Source: the human T2T-CHM13v2.0 reference genome, Homo sapiens
DNA length: 64,000 nt
Reading direction: 5' to 3' (one strand)
Assembly (NCBI RefSeq): GCF_009914755.1
Contig: NC_060935.1
Under the pieces are notes generated by a model. It saw only the letters and a list, made by a program, of their open reading frames with translations. It was not told where the DNA came from and ran no database searches. Below are positions 14,329 to 24,755 of the stretch, one piece after another (the first letter of the stretch is position 1; each line of letters opens with the position of its first letter). The translations under genes and the position numbers were made by a program.

Positions 14329-17300
14329 CCTTTCACCTCTGCCCCCTGTAGCGATGATTCCAGATCCAGTCAGACTGCTTCCTTAGTTCCGTGGGTGACC
14401 CCGGACCCCGCACTCAGTCTGGAGGTGTGGAGCCTGGGGGCCCAGGGAGATGCTGGGCGGCCAAATTCAGCAGGCAAGAGCCTGCTAGAGGAACCTCACT
14501 GGTGCCCCTGGGTAAGGAGGTTGACGCGGTTGGTCTCGTGATGTTCTGAAGAGACAACGCGGCCCGCCAGGTTGCTGAGGACTAACTTAGCAGGAGCCAG
14601 GGGGGCTCTGCTTGGTGGGGCAGGAGTCCGGTGTGAGTCTCTGACTCAGGCTACTGACCCGGTGTTGGGACAGAGTGGGGGCGGGTGTGATTTGGAAACG
14701 CTAGACAGCCTTTGATCTGGTCCTTACCATGGCTCCCTTCAGGCTGTGTAGATGGCAGAGATGGTGCATGGGATCTGGGCAGGAGGGTCCCTTGCAAAGG
14801 CAGGTGCAAGGGTTCTCACCCCCGGCAGAGCCTGTCTCCATAGCTGAGTAGAATTCCTGCCCTGATTTCGGGCTGCCCAGCTCGAGGTCCTTCCCAGGAG
14901 ACGCCTGTAGCCCTCCGTGACAAGCTTACTTACCCCATAGCATGCTGAACCAACTCATCTTCTACCACCACTCTAGAGTTTAGCCTTTATCTTTAGGAAC
15001 CTGTTGAAGTGACTCTAGCTTTCACGTTCTCTGTTTGGGTTGATGGTCGAGTGGGAGTTTCCGGTGACCCGATGGAAGCGGCTGCCGAGCAAAAGACTAG
15101 AGGGGGCCACCACCCTGGGCAGCTTAGATGAAAGCGCTACAGACCAGCAACAGCCTCCCACCGAGGGTTCTCCCCGTTTCCAGCGGTAGGGACTGCAGCA
15201 GCAATATAGACATCCCAACCAGTGTACAACCACTTTCCCGTGAATTCACTGGGGGCCGGGAGGGGGGAGGGGGGCATGAAACAATACTAGTCACCGTGGG
15301 ATATATTCTAATATTCCATGGCTAGTGGTTTGTTATGGGACTATCTCAGTTTTATGAGAACCTGCACATAGCACATAAAGTTGATCATGGGGCTCTGGTC
15401 CGAAGATATAAAGCCCATAGTCTACCTCTACCCATGGAATACCATCGACTTATTCTGTGGACACAGGGATTTCAAAGGAACAGATGACCCAGAGAAGAAT
15501 GACAGCACTGAGTAAGAAGGAGTGCCAGGTGAGCAGGAGGTTGACGTGACAGGTGGCATTTAGTCTATGAAGGACCTCCCCATGCCCAGGTCTGGCAGGA
15601 GGCTGCTGGCTAGCTCAGCCCCAGGTGGGGAAGTTTCCCCCTGGTTTGGGTGGCCTCCCCCAGTGGATGATTGATTTTCTTCCCTGCTATCGCGCTCTCT
15701 GACCCACCACCCCATCCCAATCCTCTTCTGGCTTTACCCCACAGCTATGCTGGCCCGAGCACTACCCTCAAGGCCCATTTCTTTGCCCATGGGGGTTTCC
15801 CGGTCCTTTCACCCTGCCGCATACCCTTCCCTTCCTGGGATTTCTGTAGGTGCCTGAGAGGAACATGGCCAGGGGTCTCCGAGGCTGAAACAGCTCCGAG
15901 CTCTCTGCTTTGGATTAGCTAGTTACTTGATTTCAGGAGCTACCAACAGGGCTCTGGGCCTCTAGGAGGAACGCGTGGGCTGGCCCAGGCCCCAGCTTCC
16001 ATGTGGGCCTGGCAAGAAGAGCTCAGCCTGAGTGGCATCACTGTGGCACTACCTGGCCCTTCCCCTGCATCCTCCCCGACACTGGATCTTTCAGGAGTGT
16101 TGCCCCAAGCACAGGTGCCCTGGGCCAGCCAGTCAAGAATCCCCAGTGCTCTCCAGGCAGGCCCAGATTCCTCTGTACTCTTGGACAATGACAGTATTAT
16201 CCTGTGCGGAGTCCCCCTGCCCCCCAGGGAGTGCAGATGTGTTTGTTCAGACATGCACACCAGCTAATCCCAGGACACAAAACCTGTAAAACCCATGCAC
16301 TCCTGTGGGATTGCCCCTGAGCTCCACAGTCTCTCCCCAGCCCTGCTTTTGAGAGCCACTTTGCCCTGGTCCCAGGTTTCAGGGGCCCAGACAGTTCTGG
16401 CTTGGACAGTCTCTGTGGCTGAGGAAGTATTTGGGGCCCTCACAAGCTTGCCCTCTGGAGCTTGGATGCCTGGATCCCTCCTGCCTCCCCCGTCACCAAC
16501 TGTGCTCCCAAGCCCTTCCCAAGCACTCACTTCCCGGTGGTGTTGGTGCTGTCCTGATATCCTGACCCCCGAGGCTCCAGCCTCATCCCTCACCAGAACA
16601 CTTCTCCCTCCAAAAGCTGGCGTGTGAGACCCCGGCTATCCGCCACCAAGAGGAGTTGCGGTCTTTAGGGGCGTTGTCCCCACCTCTGCACCCCAGAGTT
16701 CTTCCCATTCACCTTTTTTCCTGCTTGCAGCCATGCACCTAGATGGGCATAGGGTTGGGGTGAGTTTGTGGGAGAGTGAGGGGGAGGCCAGGGGCAAGGA
16801 AGGTAAATGTGGTGGCCCCACAGGAATTGTGAGAGATGAGATGCAGCCCCCCAAGGCCTTTCCAGTCTCACTGTACCCCCAAGGCAGTCTAGTGGCCTCG
16901 CCAAAACCTGAGCTTCTCCAATTCCACTTTTAAAACCAGAGTTAGGGGCTGTGTGTGGCACGCTGGGTTCTGAGGGCATCCCTCCCGCCCCCCCAGGCCA
17001 GCCCCCAGTGGTGCCAGCAGCACCTGCCCCTCACCTCCACCTCTTGGTCTCGTCTGAAGCCTCAGTCTGTGTGTCTGTCCCAGGGACAATCTGGTCTCCT
17101 CCTGTGTGCTGTGGCTGGCATGGCCTCAGTGTCTGAGGGCTTGTCCTGGGAGGGGTATCAAGAATCCAATTCTCACCTGGTTGTAGGACCTCTTGGGGGA
17201 TGCTAGGAGGGCGCCCTGGCACAGCCAGGGATTGCCTAGGGCTGAGGGGCCCAGGAGAAGCTACTTCTCTCCCAGAAAGGGGCTCCCTCCTGCATCTGCA

Positions 17301-19497
17301 GTCGGATGCCCAGACCGCCCACTCTGGACAGCCCACAATGCCTCCTCCGTCCTGCCATGCCCATTCGCATGTGTCTTGTCCATCTCCGCTCCTGTGATGT
17401 GGGTCAGTCCTTTGTGGTGCCGCGTCCAGGGCTGCAGGGTCCCACGTCAGTGAGCAGTGGGTGGCCGGTGGAGGGGGTGGTGGTGGCCGGGCTCCCTTCC
17501 TGCCCATGGCACCTAGAACAGCAGTGAGGTCTCAGAGAAGCCCCCGCCTGGGCTCCCTGGGAGCTAACCTTGCAGCCTCTGGGTTATCTTTGGCAAAGGG
17601 GTCTAAAGTCCCCTATCCCCAGCCCCTCTACTTCCCCTGCTGGGCAGCAGTGGCTGCCCAGTGAGTGGTGCTATCCATGGAGGGGGGAGGGAGCTGGGCA
17701 GCGCTGACTAGGCGGCGGGTGGGGCTAAGAGAGTTTCTGCAGGGACCCAGCTGCAGGGTCAGCAGCCTGTGGGCCCTGAGTGGGGTCTTTGTTGTCCTCA
17801 GGTGGGCTGTGGGGGAAGTAGCGGAGAAATGAAGTGACGCCAGGGGCCAGGCATGGGTGTTCTTTTCCGTGTTGTTCACATTTTCTCTCTTTCTCTCTCT
17901 CTCCACTAATCATGTTTCTCTCTCTCTCCTCGTTTTGTTGCATGACTTGTGCCGGTTCTCGTGATTGTTCCCTGCTCGTGTCTCACAGACTGTCCCCATT
18001 TAGCCTGAGACTTTTTTCCTGAGTCCCCAGCTGGGCAGATCCCTCAGGGCTAAACCCAAGGAAATGCCCAGCAACCCCCAACCCACCCCAGCCCCGCGTG
18101 CGCCCCTCCGGTGCCCGCAGCTGGTGTGAACAGTAAGTACTTTGGCGGTGCCTGGAGACCAGGGCAGAAAAGCCAGCTGTGCTGACTGAGGGCCCAGCCT
18201 CGGGTTCTCCTTGCTCCAAAGTTTAAAAAAAAATGACCCTCTCGCAGATGCTCATCTCAGCCCATTTCAAGCCTGGAAACCATCTCTGAGACGCTGCCCA
18301 TGCTGCCATTTCATCACTGCAGGCCTGTGGGTCTAGTGGGGGCCTGGGGGCCCTGGGCTGGGGGAGGCAGGGCCCCCAGCCTCTGGAAAGCAGGTGGGAA
18401 TGGAGGCTCCTAGCCGCTATCTCATCCAAAGGATGGGGCAGGGGCGGGGGCTCACACCTTTGACCCTATTCATGGGTTCCCCAGATTTATACAGTTGGCC
18501 CCTCGTTGGTTTCTCTTTCTTCAAGCCACCCCTCTGGAGTTGGGGAGGGAGAATGCCCCAGTTTCTGAAAGCATCTTAAACCATAGATAGACGAACAGCC
18601 CAGGGGCCTGGGCCCCTTCACAGAGCAAGACTTAAGCTTCCCCACCCAATCATTAGTCCCTCCTCAAAGGTTAGGGTTGAGAGAAGCAGTAGGCCCTAGG
18701 GGTGTCCCGGGAATCCCCCAGGAGGGAAAGGTGCCAGGCTATCATCCCTCCAGGGATCCCTGATGGATGTTCCTTGTCCCCTGCCCAAAACCATCCCGAA
18801 CTTTGGGCCCTTTAGTGATTGTGAGAGCTGGGAGCCCCCAGGGCCTGGGGGCTTGTGGACAGAACCAGTGGGCGGGGGCCCAGCATTCAGAGCCAGAGAA
18901 GGGTCTCAGGCGGCACCATCTCCACAGAGGCAGAGGCAGAGAGAAGGCACCCCCCTCTGACCCACCCCTCCCCAGGCAAGAACTGCAGGCTGTGGACACC
19001 TCCCCTGGCAGAGGATGGCCAACAGAGACTCAGCAAGTCCTCACTCCCCTCCCAGAAGGAGACGCTGCCTGGGAGGACCCACTGTTCTCCCCTTGAGGAA
19101 AATCCATGCAGGGTGCTATGGGCCTCAACCCCCACATCGTCATCCGCGTCCTCTCCATACTGTTTCCCTCCCCTCTCCCAACACCCTCCTCCCTCAGCCC
19201 GGAGACCCTTGGATGGAAGACTGGGCCAGCCAGAGTGGGAGGCAGGACCAGCGTGTCTGCGAGCACACGTGTGTGCCTGCAGACATGCCCCAAGACCCCA
19301 GAGACGCCCCGGCCCCAGTCACATGGTGTCAGAGTTACCTTGGCAACTGGCCTTTTTGGTTCAGAGTAAATTGGGAAGTGAAGCCCCTGGGATTTGTCGA
19401 GAAACGCACTGTACGTGAAATGCTTTGCCATCTTGTACGAAAGACTTTTTTTTTAAGTTCCAAAATTATGATGGGATTTTTTTGGATTTGCTTTACG

Positions 19498-19503
19498 AAT
19501 AAA
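19498..19503 (+). terminator. KCNC1: Poly(A) signal in intron 2, probable 3' end of the Kv3.1a transcript
   Basis: AATAAA with upstream TGTA motifs (19410, 19434) and U-runs, plus a downstream U/GU-rich element; first AATAAA I can find after the Kv3.1a stop. Confidence 0.7.
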
Positions 19504-20278
19504 TCTGATTGGTCCATTTCTCTTTTGACTGACTGCCTCTTTGTAGTGACATGATGTGTACACGGGCGGTAATCCCACCCACGTGCACGCCCAGCGTGTG
19601 CACGTGGGGAAGGATCACTTCTGCGTGTAGTTACATGATGTGAACAGGATCACGGGAGAGTGTTCAATCGGGTGGACATTGTCTCCAGCCTTTTCCCCCC
19701 ACTCTACTCTTTCAGAGAGCCTCCCCTGACGTGGTCGTGCCCAAGTTGGTTTCCCTCTTCCACAAAAGGGCTTGTGCTTGAGGCTGTCACCCTAGATGAA
19801 GTATTGGAGTTGGCTCCACCCTGGCCAGGAAGATTCTGCTTTGAGGGCAGAGAGTTTGGGGCAGGTTCGGTCCTCAAGAGTGATGGGATGGGGGCAAAGG
19901 CCAGTCAGGGCTACCTCTGTCAGCTCCAGAGGCTTCCACGGCTCTGCTCCGAGATCGCAGAGAGACAGAGCTCCTTGCTCTGGCCAAAGTTTGCCCCCCA
20001 CCAAATGTGCTCCCAGACCTCCTCCCAGGCTTCTTCTCAGGCTGCCACAGAGGCCAGAACTCCAGTTTCCCCCACCCAAGTCCATCAGCCGCTGTTGTCT
20101 TCTACACATTCATCTGCCTTGCTTTGCCGGGGACACTGACCAGAGGGGACAGAGGAATGGGAGCCCCTCCCAAATCCATGTCCTGCTGCCACAGCCTCAT
20201 GCATACATCCTTGTTGTGCCTGTGCAAGCTGACCAGGCCTGCTGGGGACAGCATGGAGTGGAAGACACTGGCTTGATA

Positions 20279-20520
20279 TGTGTGGGGACCAGAGCAGACT
20301 GAGTGATCAGCTTGGGTCCGTCCATGTGGGGGACGGAGCAGATGGAGTGGTCAAATTGGGTCTGCATGGGCAAAGAGGAGACTGTGTGACCAGGACTGGT
20401 CTGTATGGGGGGTCGGGGCATAGAGTGACTGGACCAGGTCTGTGTGGGAACAGAGTAGACTGTGTGACCGGGCCTAGCCTGTATGGAGAACAGGGCATAC
20501 AGAGTGACCCGCTTGGGTCT
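20279..20520. repeat. Degenerate ~40-bp minisatellite, about 6 units
   Basis: Recurring gtctgt(a/g)tggg...cagag(c/t)agactg(a/t)gtgacc pattern at ~39-42 nt spacing. Confidence 0.7.
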
Positions 20521-21110
20521 TTATGAGGTTGGGGTCGGGGGGGTACGGGCGCAGGCTGAGTGATTAGATGGGGGGTGGGGGTGGTGTGAACCAGGTGATC
20601 AGATGAGATCCAAATGGGAGATGGGGTAGAGTAGATGAGATGGTCTGTATGGAGCTAGGGAAGCCCGAGCAACTGGCTGGCTGTGGACGGGAGGCAGCCG
20701 GGCTCTGGTCAGCAGCAGAGGGGTCCGGAAAGGCCCCTCTCTGGACTGGAGTGTTTCTGCGTGTCTGTCTGTCTTCTCCCTGAGCTCTGTGTCTGGCTCT
20801 CCCCCATGACTGCATCCACACCATCCTGTTTCATCGGCCCTGCTTGGGGCCCGGGGCCGGCCCCCAGCACCACACCTGCTGGATCCATCACCAACTCATC
20901 TTTTTGCAAACTTTGAGCAAACCCAGGAGTCCCCACTCCCAGCACTGTGGGCAGCCCGAAGGCTGCCTGAATGAGCTGAACCCCCCACCAAGCCCCCTGC
21001 CTTGTGCCCTCCTCGCTCCACAGCCTGCCCGCTTTTCCGTCCTCAGGGACGCTCAAGCTGCCCTCTGCCAATACCCCGCTTCTGGCCTGTCCCCCCCTGC
21101 CCCCCACTAA

Positions 21111-21347
<237 letters not shown>

Positions 21348-23367
21348 TAGAGGAAGCTGGAGCACCGTGCATCGTCCGGGCCGCCTCGCGCTCCTGCAGA
21401 TGGGTGGGCAGGGCGGCGGGCAAGGGCGCTGAGGGGCAGGCAGGCACACCGAGGGGGGCAAGGATGGAGGGAATCTCCCAGGGTCGGCCCCTGGAGGGCT
21501 GAGGCCCTTCCCCCCAAGTGAGATGTCAGGCTGGCAGAGAGAACTTGAGGCCCTGGCAGCTGTGGGTTGCTGGGAGTTGAGAGGGGATTGGACAGGTTGA
21601 CTTTAGGCCATGACCCCAAGGCAGGGGTACCCAGGAATGCAGGAGGAGCCTTGACTCCCCCAGGCTGCTCTTGCAGATGGCAGGTCAAGTCCCAAAGGCA
21701 AAGTGATCTCTCCTCTCCCCTGATTGAGGAGGGCAGTGGAGTGGGCCAGGACCCTGTGAACTTAGCTACACAAGATCCGTGTTCTTGGCATGGAAGAGGC
21801 ATCCTTGAAAGATAATCAATCCACAAGCCAGAGGGAGGAGAGGCAAGAAGAGAGAGATGTCTTCAGGGCTTGGGGGTAAGGCCATTGTCCTTGCAGTCAG
21901 AATATTGCTAGTGGCAGATCGAGAACTTGCCAAGAGAAGGTGGTTGAGCAGGACGGTCCTGCCCCTTCCATCCGCAGCACCCACAGGCCTCTGCCCAGGG
22001 TGTGGTCAGCACCCTCTTGTGGTTGGCGAAGGCTGAGGCTGCTGGTGGCCCCTGCTCCAGGTCTCTTTGTAGTCAGCACGCTAGGCTGTCCCCACTGGAG
22101 AGAGAGGCTTCTCCTAGAGCTTCAGCACCGGCCGGGGAGAGGCTTGGGGTGGGGGCCCAGGGCGCCCGAGCTCAAGGCTCCAGGCACTGGCCCGGACCTA
22201 GAAGGCAGAGGGCACCTTTCTTGGTGCAGCAGACTGGCTGGGCAGCTCGTGCATGTCTTGGAGTGCCTCACACGTGCACACGGATGCATGCTGAACGGGG
22301 TGAGCAGGCTGGGTCAGAAGAGGAGCTGGGTTTTTGAAAGCAACAGTTGGTGCAGCCTATGGTCATTCACAACTGCTCCAGTATTTGAAGTGATTAAACC
22401 ACACGCAGGAGAAAACAGAATGCAAAAGCAAAGGCAAACCTAGAAGAGGAGAGGCAGCCCGCACGGAGACGAGGGAACGTGGTTCTGGTCACTGGTGCTT
22501 AGTTGTGCCCACCTGGTCTAGGCTGGTCTCTGCTTCTCTGCCCTGCCCAGAGGTCCTTTGAGCCGGGGCACGGTGCGCAACTCCCCGCATGGTGCTGCAT
22601 GGCGGAGGGCTGCCAGCCTTCGGGAGGGTCCCATCCTTGGCACCGGCCATGGATGGGCCTGATGTTCCCCTTTGCGACTGGCTTTTTCCCAGTTGGAGGT
22701 GCTAGAATGCCCAGAAGCAGAATGCCCGAGGAGTGAGGGGAAAAGCAGGTAGACGGTTCCCAGTGTCTGTGCCCTGCCCAGTAAGCTCTCGTGGGCTTTC
22801 TGTCTCCATCATCTTGAATGTTAGACTGATTGGTGTGGCCCCAAAGAGCAGACAAGACAGTCTCTTTACTGTGGTGCCAGAAGCACAGAAGGGAGTGTGG
22901 GACAGGAACAGCGCTGCTCCCTGCAGTGGCTGGGAGTCCAGCGGTAAGCACTGTCCACAGGAGATACCCATTCCTCAGTCCCACCGAGGCTTAGGTGCCA
23001 GAGTCTTTGGGAGGCGCTAAGGGTGAAGTGTCCCCACCTACATCCATTCGGCCCGCGCTCTCATGGAGCCACGACAGCCGCCGAGGACTTGTTTTTCTCA
23101 GGCTAATTCTGAGCCAGAAGGCATGCAGGTGTGTGAGTCAATGTGCAGAGCAGAAGTAGGGACTCATCCCATTCCCCCAGGAGGGAGAGAAAGAGGCGTG
23201 CTAGGCTGGCTCAGTGCATGGGCAAACCAAGCCAGCTGGAGAAGAATCTGCCTGCCTCTGCATGCGGCTGTTCTGTCTTTCCTCCTCCTTCTTAAAAACT
23301 AAGTACCAAGCGGGATGGGAGAGCCAAGAAGAGAAGCTCAAGTGTTAATTGTATTCTTTACATACAG

Positions 23368-23432
23368 ATCTTTGCAAAGAAAGCCCTGTCATTGCTAAGT
23401 ATATGCCGACAGAGGCTGTGAGAGTGACTTGA
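23368..23432 (+). CDS. KCNC1: KCNC1 exon 4 coding part (DLCKESPVIAKYMPTEAVRVT*), Kv3.1b C-terminus
   Basis: ttctttacatacAG acceptor; too short for the ORF track, translated by hand; TGA at 23430-23432; total 585 aa, as known for Kv3.1b. Confidence 0.97.
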
Positions 23433-24755
23433 CCAGGCGGCTTGGCCGAGGACACTGGTGGCTATTAAGCATCTGGGTGGACCTGCAGCCCCTCCTCACC
23501 CTCGGACAGAGTAAATTCACGCCATGCAGGTTTGCCGGACGAGTCCGAGTGGCCCAGGCATTGTACTAGGACGGACGTAGCTTTTTCTACGGCCAAATGG
23601 TAACTGACCGTAGAGGATTTCTTTTCCTTCTTTTCATTTTTTAAAATTTTATTTTATTTGGGGAGGGGGGGTGGAGGGGCTCCTTAGCATGACTTGCATG
23701 AAGTTAAACAGAAAACCCAGCAAACCAAACCCACCAACCCCCTGCAACTGTATGATTACCCTGAACAACAATAATGAAAAGAAAAACATCAAAGCCCTCT
23801 ATTTTCTTTCAAAGCTCTTGACTTTCACACACGTTGTTGGAGCCAAACTGTAACGGCGTTCGGTAGAAACCTGTACATTTCTGGGGGTGAGGGGCGAGGG
23901 GAGGAGGGACAGAGATGGGGAATGGATTGCTTCCTTTTTGTACACAAGATCAAGAGGAAAGCTTCCAAAAAGGGCAGTCGGTCAGTCATCGGTCATATTG
24001 ACCTCACCTTCATAGTTCATCTCTCACGTGGAAACTGAGAACTTTGCTCCAAATAGAATTGTGGAAACTCGCACGGCTGCCTTCTTCCCCGTTTGGCATG
24101 CTTGTGACCCAGCGGATGTCTCCCCAAGACCCCTGACAGCAGCTAGTCTAGGTTGATTCTCTCATCTTATCGGTGTGTAGATCCAGTGTGACCAACTTTC
24201 ATAACAAATTGTTCATAGTAAATAATCACCACCGTATGGATTTTCCAAGTGTTCCATTAAAACCAGGATGTAGAGCACCAAAAGATCAGGACCACGGGAG
24301 GAGCAGCCTCCTCCACCTTTACTAAGGCACAACCTGGCATTGTATGCAATTTAGTACTTCAGAGTAAAAACCTGCATGCCCAATGTTATGCAAAGCGATT
24401 CTAGCATGAAATAAATTTTGTATCATGGTTTCTGTATAGTCTAAAGCAGATTTGTTTTCCTGAAGCAGTCGGAGGTTTGCAGAGACACACTTCTGCATCT
24501 CGAATAAATATAGTATTTTCCCAACAGAAACAGAGGACAGTAGCTTGGCTTTGGTCTGATTCTAAAATTAGTGGGGTGGGGGGGAAGGATGATATTTTTG
24601 AAAAACACATGCTTGAGTTGAAAAAAATGCAACATCTCAAGCTTTCACTGCAGCTCACAACATTTCCTGGAAAGAGAGCAATGATGCTTTAGCTCAACAA
24701 CCTCCCCTCCCTGGGCCCTGGCCCCCAATAATAAAAAACTGACTTTTGAGATGAA
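23433..24755 (+). other. KCNC1: KCNC1 (Kv3.1b) 3'UTR with several poly(A) signals
   Basis: ATTAAA at 24256; AATAAA at 24410, 24503 and 24730-24735, the last followed by GU/U-rich tttgggtttttattg. End coordinate is approximate. Confidence 0.8.

Noticed and set aside
18224-18233. A-run as a possible transcript end
   Set aside because: Genomic oligo-A without a poly(A) signal; it would only cause internal priming artefacts.
23063-23302. Possible alternative last exons in intron 3 (acceptors near 23101 and 23180)
   Set aside because: AGs with short pyrimidine tracts are common; no clear branch point or Kv3-like peptide, so too weak without RNA data.
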